Below, piece after piece: positions 32,529 through 43,785 of a stretch of 64,000 nt of DNA (position 1 is the first letter of the stretch; each line of letters starts with the position of its first letter). This DNA is from an uncultured Nitrososphaerales archaeon (GTDB lineage Archaea > Thermoproteota > Nitrososphaeria > Nitrososphaerales > Nitrososphaeraceae). The position numbers were made by a program, and so were the translations under genes. The stretch lies in contig CAVOHZ010000010.1 of assembly GCA_963695855.1 (NCBI GenBank), forward strand, positions 416,001 through 480,000. Direction: 5' to 3'. Below the pieces are notes generated by a model. That model was not told where the DNA came from, did not search any database, and saw only the letters and a list, made by a program, of their open reading frames with translations.

Positions 32529-32990
32529 ATGTATAAACTTAATAATCGTTTAATACCAATCATCACATTATTAATTCTAGCGATCTTAGCCAATTTATCA
32601 ACATCACCAGGAATGGCACAAACCACAGGTAATGAAACCAAAGAAAAAACTGAAGAAACTTCGCAAACAGAAAAACCGTTTTTTTTCTTATTTAATTCTG
32701 AACTGCCTGCATTTAACGTGACAGAATTTCCACCAGATGTTTTCTCTCAAACAACATTAGAGGTCAATCAGGGAGATGAAGTCAAGATATTTATGTACAA
32801 TCAGGAAGCGCCAAATGCCGATCGACACTCATTTACTATAAATGCACCATATAATATCAATTTAGACTTGGGACCAGGCAAAAATGGAAATGTAACTATT
32901 AACGCAGATCAACCTGGAATTTATAGATTCTACTGCGAATATCATGAACCAACTATGAGTGGACAATTCGTTGTATTGCCTAAAGGATAG
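32529..32990 (+). CDS. Cupredoxin (type-1 copper) protein
   Basis: His plus YCEYHEPTM; signal peptide. Confidence 0.9.
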   Translation: MYKLNNRLIPIITLLILAILANLSTSPGMAQTTGNETKEKTEETSQTEKPFFFLFNSELPAFNVTEFPPDVFSQTTLEVNQGDEVKIFMYNQEAPNADRHSFTINAPYNINLDLGPGKNGNVTINADQPGIYRFYCEYHEPTMSGQFVVLPKG

Positions 32991-33138
32991 GTTGTGTCTG
33001 TAAGTTATTAGAGTTAATGGATAGAGTCAATTCCTTTCAGCAAGTAATAATTTTTTTAAAAAAATAAAATTACGATTATTTTTTATTAGTAAATAGAAAG
33101 ATAAATTTTTATAATAATCTTTTACAATACAAAATAAG

Positions 33139-33399
33139 ATGGAAAATACAAAAATTTTCTTAATGTTCGCAGGAATTTTTTCCTTGGGATTGCAGGGTTG
33201 CCTGTACACAGTAAATAATGCTTACGCTCAGGGAGAAACGGAAAAAGATTTCGAAAAAATTGCTGGAGACGAGAATATGCAAATCATAGAGAACAATACT
33301 GCAATTAGCAATCCAAATGACACGCTTTTAAATGCTGAAGAAGTCAACATTGAAGAAGATTGTATGACTTTACCAGATGGTAGCAAGGACTGTCCGTAA
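33139..33399 (+). CDS. Small secreted acidic protein
   Basis: Signal ending AYAQ; C-terminal Cys pair. Confidence 0.7.
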   Translation: MENTKIFLMFAGIFSLGLQGCLYTVNNAYAQGETEKDFEKIAGDENMQIIENNTAISNPNDTLLNAEEVNIEEDCMTLPDGSKDCP

Positions 33400-33444
33400 T
33401 TCATACAAGATTTTTATTTTTTGACAAGTCATCAAAATCTTAAA

Positions 33445-33990
33445 TATTAAAGCTTAATTCAAAATTATCATCCCATAGACAACTATACTGTTTGGTAATG
33501 TACGACATGAACATAGTGTTCTTATTTCTTTCCATACGTTGTAAATAACATCCTGATTCTGTTATGCATGAATTTGTTCCTTCTATAATCCATCCACTTG
33601 CTGCATGATGTCTTCTCAGATACCTCCGTTTCTTCTTTCTCATGATAGTTTAATGTTCTACATACTTCGGTTGATCTGCTTTATGAATAGATAGATTCCG
33701 CTTTTTCTTCCTATCTTCTGTAGTTGATGGTTCTGATTTCATGATAACCAAATTTTTAACTGTATAAATTGAACATAATATCAAAAGTATTGACTAATCG
33801 TATAATCGCATACAGTCAAATACCCATCCTTATCTGCAATATCTCTCTTGGTTCCTAATTTACTCCTGTTAGTAGGATTATATTCAGATATTATCATAAA
33901 TGTGATTTTGTATATTCTTTCAAGACAATCCCATTCCGATTTGCTTCCCCTTTTATCATCGTAGATTTTTACAAATGTTTTTGATATTAA
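33445..33990 (-). pseudogene. Decayed IS5-family transposase fragment
   Basis: WIIEGTNS / HNRIRMLFTTYGKK resembles the IS5 WVVERTxSW-NRFRKL motif; frameshifted; boundaries approximate. Confidence 0.5.
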
Positions 33991-34117
33991 TTTATAGCAT
34001 TAGCAAACTAGACAAGATTAGTTTTTCGGTCACTGAATTATTATTAACGTTATTAAATTGAATATTTCAACAACAAAAACAGCAGGATAATGATCTAATG
34101 ATGTTTTAAAAATATGT

Positions 34118-34432
34118 TTAGTCAACTGTCGTTTCTTCTGATGAAATTGGTACCGATGCAAAGAGGTCAAGTCCATTTGAAATCTCCTGAATATTGTCCG
34201 TTACATTAGATAAAAGATGTAATGCAGTTTCAATGTCACCGGATTGAATTGCTTGAATAGTTTGATTCACATTAATACCAGTACTATTGATCAATTCTGA
34301 CAGTTTCAGATACATACCTGCTTTTGGAGGGTTTTCAAAAAAAGGATCATATGCAAAAGCGTTATCAAATAAAGAAGAAGTGAGAATGGATAAGAAAGAA
34401 GCATTGATCAAAAGTTTTACACCTAATTTCAT
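34118..34432 (-). CDS. Secreted hypothetical protein
   Basis: Signal ending AFAY; helical. Confidence 0.7.
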   Translation of the reverse strand: MKLGVKLLINASFLSILTSSLFDNAFAYDPFFENPPKAGMYLKLSELINSTGINVNQTIQAIQSGDIETALHLLSNVTDNIQEISNGLDLFASVPISSEETTVD

Positions 34433-34948
34433 ATAGTCTGTTCATTCAATAATTATATAAACATTTTTAGAAGTATAATATTACCTTTATACTTGTCATA
34501 ATGCAATATCTGTATGTAACTAATTATAAGAACATTTCTTATCCGATTTAGTTGATGGAAATTATGTAAAAAGTCATATTTTTAATATACACCTTGAAGT
34601 ACTACTTAGATTCTTGATCATGTAAATATAAGAGATTGTTTTATAGAATCAAAGTATTATACAGATACTGGTTCTAAAATTCAGATTAAAAAATATACCT
34701 ATGACAAATATGCTAAAAGATAGGAATAAATAGATTATTAACTGGATTGCTTCACAAACTGAGACGGAAACCCTCCCTGCTATAAGATCCATTTTGACAT
34801 CATTAATAGAATAAAAAGATGAGGAATAGAATCGCCTTACGAAAAATTTCCTTGAAGGTGCAAATACATACTAAAATAGAGACTTTTGATATATCAATAG
34901 ACTAGGATAAAGAAAATTTATATAATTTAGGTTATAATTAACCATTAG

Positions 34949-35356
34949 ATGCTTTTACCTGCAGAAATTGAAGCGAAGTCACTGATTCCAGCGATTAGAG
35001 CTATTCTTGCCAAAAAATTAATCACTGAATACAAAATGAAAGAAGAAGTTGTTGCTAAGGTATTAGGAGTAACCCAAGCAGCAATAAGCAACTACATAAG
35101 GGGAACAAGGGGTGACTTGGAACTAATAGATAAATTATCATCTATTCACGAGATAGTGAGAAAGGTAGATGATATCGCCCAAGACTTGGTATCAAATAGA
35201 GCATATACTCCAGGCACAATGGCAAAATTCGTAGAGCTTTGTAATTTCATGAGGTACTCTTTTATTATTTGCGATGTTCATCACAAGATAGAATCAAATA
35301 TAGATGAGCAGGTATGCGAGCTATGTAAAGATAATTTAATTGGAAGCAAGTTTTGA
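34949..35356 (+). CDS. Archaeal HTH transcriptional regulator
   Basis: IPAIRAILA..VAKVLGVTQAAISNYIRGTRG; C-terminal Cys/His cluster. Confidence 0.88.
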   Translation: MLLPAEIEAKSLIPAIRAILAKKLITEYKMKEEVVAKVLGVTQAAISNYIRGTRGDLELIDKLSSIHEIVRKVDDIAQDLVSNRAYTPGTMAKFVELCNFMRYSFIICDVHHKIESNIDEQVCELCKDNLIGSKF

Positions 35357-35398
35357 CTGATAAATTTTAAAATGATAAAAAATAAAATTTAAGTAAAA

Positions 35399-36688
35399 TT
35401 ATTTTACCATTTTGATAGCCATATCCAATATTTCTGATCCCATTAACGTACCTAGATTTCCTTTTTTAGCAAAAAATTCAGTGAATCTCTTGCTGCCATC
35501 TTTCGGAATTTGGTTACCAGATATCAAGAGCGGAACAGGGTCATCACTATGACTTTTTTTAACACAAGGAGTTGAATGGTCTCCCGAAACCATGATAATG
35601 GCGTCATCGACATTCAATTCAGCAATTAAAGTTCCAAAGAAATTTTCATCAATTTTTTCTATGTTCTTTTGTTTTCCAATAGCGTCACCATCATGACCAA
35701 ACTCATCAGGTCCCTTTATGTGCACATATATCACATTATACTTGTTCAATTTCTCGGCAGTAACCTTTGCTTTTGTAATATAGTCATTAACATCCCCTGC
35801 ACGAATTGAATCCATTTTTAATATTTTTGATATTCCTATTTCAACGGGCATATCAACAATAGATGCAACATCGAGATCATATTTCTTATTTATAGGCACA
35901 TAATTTGGCAATTCGTTACCTGCATCTCTGACTAAAATACAATTCATAGGATTCAAATCTCTTTGGATTCTAGAAAGATTTATGGGATGATTTTTTGTTA
36001 AGGAAATAACTTGGTTTGTAAAATCATTAACCAGATCTGCTGAAATTCTTGAGGATGCATCATTATTTTGTGGTTCAGATTTCAGAACATGCACCTCTGC
36101 AATATCTGTTTTAGCAATTCCAATACCATTTACTTTATCATACGCAGGATCGGTATTAGTTATTTGATCAGAAAGTTTTGTCTTTTTGTGCCTAAATCTT
36201 ATGGTAACTCTATGAGCAATGGTAGGAACAACAACAACGGAAGCATCTGGATCCTGAAAAGAAATTTTTTTGTTAAGTGTTTCACAGATCGATCTGGCTT
36301 CTTCATCCCTGATAATACGTCCTGCACGTCTATCTACAATTTTCAACCCGTTGTCAACTGTTGCAAAATTCCCTCTTAATGCTAAATCTCCCTTCTGAAA
36401 ATCTATGCCACATCCAATAGATTCTACAACTCCTCGCCCGACATAAGGAGTATTCCGAAAATTATATCCTAACATGTTAAATACTGCTATGTCTGATTGA
36501 GGAGCTATTCCCTTACCCACCGTAATTACTTGCCCCATACTACCATTACTTGCAATCTTATCTAGATTAGGAGTATATGCTGCAGCCAGAGGAGTCAAGT
36601 TATCAAGAGATTCATGAGGAAGATCACCAATTCCATCCAAAATTACGTAGACTATTCTAACTGAATTCTTGCTATTTTTTACTTTCAC
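35399..36688 (-). CDS. apgM: 2,3-bisphosphoglycerate-independent phosphoglycerate mutase
   Basis: LDGIGD, DRRAGRI, HIKGPDEFGHDG, GDHSTP, HSDDPVP. Confidence 0.93.
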   Translation of the reverse strand: MKVKNSKNSVRIVYVILDGIGDLPHESLDNLTPLAAAYTPNLDKIASNGSMGQVITVGKGIAPQSDIAVFNMLGYNFRNTPYVGRGVVESIGCGIDFQKGDLALRGNFATVDNGLKIVDRRAGRIIRDEEARSICETLNKKISFQDPDASVVVVPTIAHRVTIRFRHKKTKLSDQITNTDPAYDKVNGIGIAKTDIAEVHVLKSEPQNNDASSRISADLVNDFTNQVISLTKNHPINLSRIQRDLNPMNCILVRDAGNELPNYVPINKKYDLDVASIVDMPVEIGISKILKMDSIRAGDVNDYITKAKVTAEKLNKYNVIYVHIKGPDEFGHDGDAIGKQKNIEKIDENFFGTLIAELNVDDAIIMVSGDHSTPCVKKSHSDDPVPLLISGNQIPKDGSKRFTEFFAKKGNLGTLMGSEILDMAIKMVK

Positions 36689-36765
36689 AAGAAAAAAGAT
36701 ATTTTAACTAAATTTATTTTTATTTAATAAAAAAATAAAATTATAGCTAAAAAAGGGATTTAAAA

Positions 36766-36984
36766 TTAAGTTTTGTCTTTCGTTCCACCTTTTTTCCAAA
36801 CTTGTATTTGTCCTCCATAAACCTCATCGGCATATACAAATGAAGGAATCTGTGCGTAATATCCTTCTCTACCAGTACTAAAAGTCTTTCTAACTAGGGG
36901 AATTTCATAATTTTTTCCATCAGGCATCAATAATGTCGCGATAGCGAACTTTCTTTCTTTGGTACCTTTGAGATCTTCTGTCAT
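36766..36984 (-). CDS. Small hypothetical protein
   Basis: KTFSTGREGYYAQ; clean ORF with upstream TATA-like box. Confidence 0.75.
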   Translation of the reverse strand: MTEDLKGTKERKFAIATLLMPDGKNYEIPLVRKTFSTGREGYYAQIPSFVYADEVYGGQIQVWKKGGTKDKT

Positions 36985-37668
36985 ACTAATTATCTTATTG
37001 ACAAGCTGAAATATAAAAATAATATTAATCAGAATAATCTTAATGTTATAGTAAATGTAATGAATCGCAAGAAAATGAGTAGCTGATTACTCAATATAAA
37101 TTGAATTTGTAATGAAAAGATTTGATGACTCCTTTGAAGTTATTAATCAAAGATAGTTAATATTTAGATTTATTTGGATCACGAAATGTTAAAAACATCA
37201 AAAAACATAGCTAAATAATATTTTAAAAGTAATAAAAGAATCGATGACTAGATAATTTCATTAATCCTATTTTATCTAGTTAATTTAAATGACAAATATA
37301 ATATAATATAATATCTTACGATCATGAAATGAAAATTTTTAATTGTATTATAGTTTTGTGTTATAATATTATTACTCATTTACACCAACCAAACACATTC
37401 CCTTATAATGATCTTTAACAAAATTGAATGAAAATAAAGAAAGAGCAAAATTGAATAAATTATACTAGAATGATATTATTTTAAGAAAAGAATTTTATTC
37501 GGTGATTTCGGCAATAATCAAAAAAGTAATTGATATTTAATCCGCAAATAACTTGATAGAACAATACCAAAGTCTCAAATTTTGGTAGATTAAATCCCAT
37601 GTTATTGAATTTTATAAAATTGTATAATTTAAAACAATTTTATATATTACAGATATGAAATCAATTAG

Positions 37669-38562
37669 ATGGATTTTTTAGAATGCTATAGAAAGGCTGG
37701 AAAGATAGCGAGTACAGTTAGAGAAAATGCTAGGGAGAAAAACCACATTGGCTCAACTATGTTTAAAATCTGTGAAGAAATAGAAATAGAAATAAGGAAA
37801 GAAGGAGCAGAGCCCGCATTTCCAGTCAATGTTAGTCTAAATGAAATTGCTGCACATTATACGGCAGAACCCAACGATCCCACTCTGGTAAAAGATGGTG
37901 ATATTTTAAAAATAGACATAGGAGTTCATGTTGATGGATATATAGCTGATACTGCTGTAACTGTTTGTTACAATCCAGAATTTGGATCTTTGGTAAGAGC
38001 CTCAGAAATCGCATTAAATGAGGCGTTAAAAATAGCCAAAACTGGTGTCAAGTCGTCTGATATTGGAAAGGTAATCGAAAGTAGCATCATAAAAGGTGGA
38101 TTTATACCCATAAAGAACTTGAGCGGTCATTCATTAGAACAATACACAATTCATGCTGGAAAATCAATTCCCAATATCGATACATTTGGTTCTTTTCGAT
38201 TAGAAACTAACCACATCTATGCAATAGAACCCTTTGTAACTGTCAAGAATGGATTAGGGATAGTACATGAGGGAAAAATCGCAAATATTTTTGCAATAGT
38301 GTCAAGAAAACCTACAAAAGAGAAGGAGACTGACGAGTTTTTAAACGAATTATGGAATAGATTTAGATCATTGCCTTTCGCTTTGAGGTGGTTACTTGAT
38401 TCTCATGAAGAGAAGGAAGCAAGAGAGTTACTGGAAAAACTGAAAAAAAGGAAAAATGTTCATGCATATCCAGTTTTAATAGAGGGTAAAGGAATGACAG
38501 TGGCTCAATCTGAACACACCATAATACCTATTGAGAATATTGTTGAAGTCATTACTGCATGA
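37669..38562 (+). CDS. map: Methionine aminopeptidase type II
   Basis: AFPVN, AAHYT, KIDIGVHVDGYIADTA, LSGH, AIEPF, AQSEHT. Confidence 0.97.
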   Translation: MDFLECYRKAGKIASTVRENAREKNHIGSTMFKICEEIEIEIRKEGAEPAFPVNVSLNEIAAHYTAEPNDPTLVKDGDILKIDIGVHVDGYIADTAVTVCYNPEFGSLVRASEIALNEALKIAKTGVKSSDIGKVIESSIIKGGFIPIKNLSGHSLEQYTIHAGKSIPNIDTFGSFRLETNHIYAIEPFVTVKNGLGIVHEGKIANIFAIVSRKPTKEKETDEFLNELWNRFRSLPFALRWLLDSHEEKEARELLEKLKKRKNVHAYPVLIEGKGMTVAQSEHTIIPIENIVEVITA

Positions 38563-38658
38563 TTCTATGGTCTAATTTTAAAACTACAATAGTTTAAAAG
38601 AAAACTTCCGAAGCTTAAAATTATATACTAAAAAAAACATTATTTAATCGTAAAATAA

Positions 38659-38732
38659 GGGGTCGTTGTCTAGCTTGGTATGATGCCAGCCTTGGGCGCT
38701 GGAGTTCGCCGGTTCAAATCCGGCCGACCCCA
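38659..38732 (+). tRNA. tRNA-Pro (TGG), no intron, CCA not encoded
   Basis: Acceptor GGGGTCG/CGACCCC-A; anticodon arm CCAGC-CTTGGGC-GCTGG; T arm GCCGG-TTCAAAT-CCGGC. Confidence 0.97.
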
Positions 38733-39088
38733 TTGATTCTTTGGATCAAAGCAAATTCGAATTTTTTTGAAGAATATGAACACCGTATATGTACTTAATA
38801 CTTAGTAACAAATAATTAGTGATTATAATCTCATAGCTTATCTTTAGTATGTCTTCCTAATGGATGCAAATTTGTTTCTGCTAAAACTGGTAAAAGTACT
38901 AACATATGAATAATAAAAAGATTAGACGATACATATGATCCGGAAAGACCTTAATTTAAAACATGTGAATAATTCATACATTATACTAACAACAAAAAAT
39001 TGCTTTTACTTTGGAATTCCTCGAATCCGTCAGCCTTGTACAATAAGCAAAGAAGCCTAACACATCTTGTGGGTTGACTGAAATAGAG

Positions 39089-39557
39089 TAAGACTTAAGA
39101 GATGTCTTATTTTAAATATCCATACAAAGCAGGTTTATTGATTATTGCAGAGAGACAGAATTTATTTAATGATAGACATTTTAACAAAATTAACTGAATT
39201 TGGAGAAATAAACCAATCTTCTCTTTTGCTTTATTGTAGATTAAATTTAACTAAACATAAAGAAATTTTTGATGAGTTAGAAGAAAATAAATTTATTGAA
39301 AGAACAGAGTCTTTTTTAGGAAAAAAGCTCATTATCACTTATAAAATAACTATAGAAGGACTAGAATTTTACAAGAAAATCTTAGAACCATATGAAAAAT
39401 TTTTCCCAAGAAGATAACTCTGAATAAGATAATTATAAAGAACGAGGATTAATCAAAACTCATGATTGTTGTTCTTTCCCATCGGCATCATCTATTTCCA
39501 TTTTGAATTTTTTTGCTATGTATTTATTAGAGATCATCTTTATCCTTTTTGAATGAT
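39089..39557. repeat. Direct repeat copy 1 (~469 bp)
   Basis: Matches 40588-41055 at offset 1499; one substitution and one 1-nt indel noticed. Confidence 0.95.
39145..39417 (+). CDS. Winged-helix regulator, copy 1
   Basis: QRDRIYLMIDIL..YKITIEGLEF; protein identical to 40644..40916. Confidence 0.85.
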   Translation: MQRDRIYLMIDILTKLTEFGEINQSSLLLYCRLNLTKHKEIFDELEENKFIERTESFLGKKLIITYKITIEGLEFYKKILEPYEKFFPRR

Positions 39558-39856
39558 TTGTATTTCTTATGCCATGAACCTATTTGCCTAAATTGCAAAA
39601 TTCCAGTGACAAATAGTATTGATGATATTATTATAACAGAAGACAGTAAAACAGCTAGCCCTAATCCAAAATCACTTTCTGATTCTAAAATCCTGAAGAA
39701 TGATGGATGACTGAATAAGAATATTGCCAGCATAATTGCAATAGGGGTAAGAATAACTGATGAAATTGAGACTCCTATAAGGAATTTTCTTATTTTATCT
39801 ATTTGTTCAATAAAACTATCTAAAAGGGTTAGTGTATTAGTTCTGTCAGGATCCAT
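39527..39856 (-). CDS. 2-TM membrane protein with truncated C-terminus
   Basis: Two TM helices; a 1-nt insertion relative to the second repeat copy creates an early stop. Confidence 0.75.
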   Translation of the reverse strand: MDPDRTNTLTLLDSFIEQIDKIRKFLIGVSISSVILTPIAIMLAIFLFSHPSFFRILESESDFGLGLAVLLSSVIIISSILFVTGILQFRQIGSWHKKYKSFKKDKDDL

Positions 39857-39915
39857 CTACAAATCACTTTTATTGTTATTGTTCAATATTTATCTCTCTT
39901 TTTATTTTATTTACT

Positions 39916-40425
39916 CTATTTTGCATGTACTATGATTTTGCCTTTCATTTCTGGATGAATACTACAATAATAATCAAATGTTCCAGTTTTGTTTGCACTG
40001 AAAGTTACAGTTTGACTCTGGAAATATCCTAAATCTCCTGTATGAACGTTAAATTCATCAATGTTTAGATTATGTTTAGAATGTTTCACTGAATCTTCAT
40101 TAATTAAATGCATTGATAATGAATTACCTTGAGTAAGAGTAATTGTAGGATTATGACCAAATCTTCCTGCACCACTATTTAATGATTTAGCTGTCCCTGT
40201 AGATTGACTGGTAAATAAGTAGCCTGTATTTTGGGAATACATCGCTTTAAGGAAAATGTTTCTGGGTGGAGAAGATAAAAAAATGCCATTAGAAGTTTTC
40301 AAGGCATTTATCCCTCCATAAATGATTAAACCTCCTATAGTAAATAAAATTCCTAAAATAATAATTCTTTTTTTAGATAAATTTATAGTATTTTTTTTAT
40401 TAATTGTCTTATTTCTTTTATTCAT
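39916..40425 (-). CDS. Membrane-anchored cupredoxin
   Basis: HNLNI plus YYCSIHPEMKG. Confidence 0.9.
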   Translation of the reverse strand: MNKRNKTINKKNTINLSKKRIIILGILFTIGGLIIYGGINALKTSNGIFLSSPPRNIFLKAMYSQNTGYLFTSQSTGTAKSLNSGAGRFGHNPTITLTQGNSLSMHLINEDSVKHSKHNLNIDEFNVHTGDLGYFQSQTVTFSANKTGTFDYYCSIHPEMKGKIIVHAK

Positions 40426-40429
40426 AAAT

Positions 40430-40581
40430 GAAATAATTCTGTTATGTATTTAAAGAAGACTGAACAATGTTAATAGATATTTATTATATTTTTATGTATT
40501 GATATAATACGAAATAACTCTGTTATGTATTTAAAGAAGACTGAACAATGTTAATAGATATTTATTATATTTTTATGTATT
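40430..40581. repeat. 71-bp promoter duplication, period 81
   Basis: 40430-40500 versus 40511-40581, one mismatch. Confidence 0.93.
40460..40474 (-). promoter_or_regulatory. GTTAAC-N3-GTTMAC-type motif 5 bp upstream of TATA
   Basis: Minus strand ATTAAC-ATT-GTTCAG-tcttc-TTTAAATA. Confidence 0.55.
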
Positions 40582-40587
40582 AGTTAA

Positions 40588-41055
40588 TAAGACTTAAGAG
40601 ATGTCTTATTTTAAATATCCATACGAAGCAGGTTTATTGATTATTGCAGAGAGACAGAATTTATTTAATGATAGACATTTTAACAAAATTAACTGAATTT
40701 GGAGAAATAAACCAATCTTCTCTTTTGCTTTATTGTAGATTAAATTTAACTAAACATAAAGAAATTTTTGATGAGTTAGAAGAAAATAAATTTATTGAAA
40801 GAACAGAGTCTTTTTTAGGAAAAAAGCTCATTATCACTTATAAAATAACTATAGAAGGACTAGAATTTTACAAGAAAATCTTAGAACCATATGAAAAATT
40901 TTTCCCAAGAAGATAACTCTGAATAAGATAATTATAAAGAACGAGGATTAATCAAAACTCATGATTGTTGTTCTTTCCCATCGGCATCATCTATTTCCAT
41001 TTTGAATTTTTTTGCTATGTATTTATTAAGATCATCTTTATCCTTTTTGAATGAT
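40588..41055. repeat. Direct repeat copy 2 (~468 bp)
   Basis: See copy 1. Confidence 0.95.
40644..40916 (+). CDS. Winged-helix regulator, copy 2
   Basis: Protein identical to 39145..39417. Confidence 0.85.
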   Translation: MQRDRIYLMIDILTKLTEFGEINQSSLLLYCRLNLTKHKEIFDELEENKFIERTESFLGKKLIITYKITIEGLEFYKKILEPYEKFFPRR

Positions 41056-41199
41056 GTATTTGCAAGAGAGTAGTTTGAGTACTCCCCTTATCGATTTGTC
41101 TATATTTAAAAAGGCTCTATTTAATTAAGCAAAATTTGGGAGAAATATTAAAAACTCACCAAAATTGGCCACAGTAACGATATTGATTTTCTAAATCCT

Positions 41200-42110
41200 C
41201 TGCTTGTATGATGATACGTTGTCTGTTCTGATGACCAGATCTTGTGGTATTATGTTCTTGTGTGTTACCAGAGCATTTTCTATCGATATTATAGCGTTCT
41301 CTTTTACTACAGACAGATCAAAACAGTAATCAATCCATTCCATTGTGAATAAATCAAATACATTGAATAGGTAAACCCATCTATCAATACCACAGTGTAG
41401 GAAGGTATGATCTACTTCCCATACCTGGTTTGGTTGCCTACTCTTACATAGGATCCTTTTGATCGTATAATTTCCTTCTTACTTTTAGATGATGTAATAT
41501 AACCCGTCTTTCTGAAGATTCTCTGTATCCTCTTTCTGTCGATTGGTCTACCTAATAGTGTGTCAAAATTGCATTATAGCTATTCTTCTTGTATCATAAT
41601 AAGTTGGTCTTGGTAGTGCTGCAGTGACTGCAGCGACTCGCGCAATATGATTTGTATGATATTTCTTCTGTTCGCTGTGCCGATTGTTGTTGTAGTACGT
41701 ATTTTTACTACAACCAGAATATGTCAGTGTCTTTAAGACCCATCGTACCGTTGTTTAATATTGTTCTGATCACTGCTAACCTTTTCTTCCTGTTTCTAAC
41801 GTTTCTTTAAATGCATCTATTGCTATTGTCTGTTCACCAATAATCTTCTTTAGTCTCTCAATCTCTCTGCTTCTTTGTTATTTTTTATTCGTATTGTATT
41901 TATTGCAAGCTGAAAGTGCCATCCTACCACAATCTATGAATTTCTGTTTCCAGTTGTAGAACACGTCTCGAATGAGATTCTATTTTCTTCACAATTCAGC
42001 TACCGTGATATTTGTAGTCAATGATTCCATTACAATCCCTGTCTTGTCTTCTGGTGTACATCTTCCAGTAATATTCTCTTTCTTTATCTTTAACACCCTG
42101 CACCTGCATG
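41200..42110 (-). mobile_element. Decayed IS3-family element (OrfA and OrfB remnants)
   Basis: OrfA-like TPEDKTGIVMESLTTNITVAEL..FYNWKQKF..IERLKKIIGEQ; rve-like PNQVWEVDHT..YLFNVFD..LVIRTD; many stops; boundaries approximate. Confidence 0.75.
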
Positions 42111-42948
42111 ACCTCATTCTATACTTGTTATAATGATAGGAGTAAAAGAGTGTCCATTACAAGATGTTCTCATTTTCAATGGGTCCAGACTAATTTTTTA
42201 TTATCAAGAGTGTATTTGAAAGATCGATTCAATGGACTATCATGTTTTTCATTTTCTATTACATTCTTTGCTTCAAAATATTCTAACCTTTTTTGATCTC
42301 ATCACAGTCATAACCAATATAAGTCAAATTTTTTTGATATGTATGTTCCCTCAAAATTTTGGTGTCTCGATTCAAATTTAGCAACAAATATATCAATATT
42401 ATTTAGTTCAACAAAAAGAGTAATAATATCAATTATTCGTAAATAGACTTTGTATTTCTAGTACTAATTACTTCAACGTAATTTTAACTTGAAAGATAGA
42501 ATATCTGTTATCTCAATTACAATATATTATACAGTTTCCATATCTTTGCTAAAACGATATCCTGAGATTGAAAAACAATGTGACTTTTTTATTCTTATGT
42601 TGATTATGATCTGGTTATAAACAACATAATAAATATCATTTAAATTTATATTTAAAAAATAGTATAAGTTAATAGGTAAAAATTGTATTATCATGTATTC
42701 TATGATACAGAAAAATAATCTAAATGGGTATAATATTTAGCTTCCACTAAGTTAGTCAAAAATCTATTAGTAATAACTTCATAGCAATTAAGTATATGTT
42801 AAGATAACACCAATAAAAAAAGTCATCAGATGAATACTAGTTTCTTGAATTACCCTCATTTTTGATATTTATAATTATTTGTAATCATGTCAATTTATTT
42901 TCAGTCTAATTTCTTTCAAATAATTAAACCTACTAAAATAAATATAAA

Positions 42949-43785
42949 TCATGATGCTTGGATATTTACTATGCCTGTTTTTGCAAGTTCAGAACCTATA
43001 CCATATCCTACTAACGCTATACCGGTTCCTAGTCCCGCCATTTCTATTCCACCTTTGATCCAGTTTTTTTTTGCTAGACGAGCCTTTATGGCACCAATCA
43101 CAAATGAAGAAACAATACTCATAACAATAGCTAATCCAATCCCAGTCATAGATGACATTATTCCAGCTTTAACTACAAAATAAGGCATTATTGGAAGGAT
43201 GCCTCCTAATAGAAATGAACCAAACATCACCAAGGCACCTTTTAATGGGCTCCCTAGAATGTCTAAATTAAGCCCTATTTCCTCAGTCAACATAGTCTGG
43301 AGCCATACTTCTTTGTTTGAGGTTATCTTTTCTACAATTTTCTCGAGATCCTCTCCTTCAAATCCTTTTGCACGGTAAATGTTTTCGATCTCCAGTCTTT
43401 CTTCATCAGGTCTATTTTCTATCTCGTATTCTTCACGTTTTATTTCTGATTCTAATATTTCCCTTTGCGATTTTACAGCAAGGTAATTCTGGACAGCCAT
43501 TGCCTTAGCCCCTGTAAACATTCCTATTAATGCAGCAAGAATGACAACATCGGCTGTAATTACAGCTCCTCCTACACCCGCTACAATTCCTAAGGAAGTG
43601 TTAACACCATCTCCAAAGCCGAATACAAAATCTCGTATGTAATTACTTTCTTTGATATGTGGTTCTGGATGTATATTAAAATTAATCAACATAAATGTAA
43701 TAATTTCCAATTTATTAAATGTAACTAATATATGGAATTTTACTATGAATCTATTCCGGATAATCAAGAAATTTATATCCATCAA
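42949..43785 (-). CDS. VIT1/CCC1 family Fe/Mn transporter (start may be 43692)
   Basis: IRDFVFGFGDG, MAVQNYLAVKSQRE, SFLLGGILP. Confidence 0.92.
   Translation of the reverse strand: MMDINFLIIRNRFIVKFHILVTFNKLEIITFMLINFNIHPEPHIKESNYIRDFVFGFGDGVNTSLGIVAGVGGAVITADVVILAALIGMFTGAKAMAVQNYLAVKSQREILESEIKREEYEIENRPDEERLEIENIYRAKGFEGEDLEKIVEKITSNKEVWLQTMLTEEIGLNLDILGSPLKGALVMFGSFLLGGILPIMPYFVVKAGIMSSMTGIGLAIVMSIVSSFVIGAIKARLAKKNWIKGGIEMAGLGTGIALVGYGIGSELAKTGIVNIQAS

Noticed and set aside
38659-38732. tRNA-Pro as the att site of the integrase element
   Set aside because: I saw no duplicated tRNA 3' end elsewhere in the window
39029-39078. GTCAGCC..GGTTGAC stem as an IS200/605 omega-RNA-like element
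   Set aside because: Only a 7-bp stem, with no tnpB or iscB nearby
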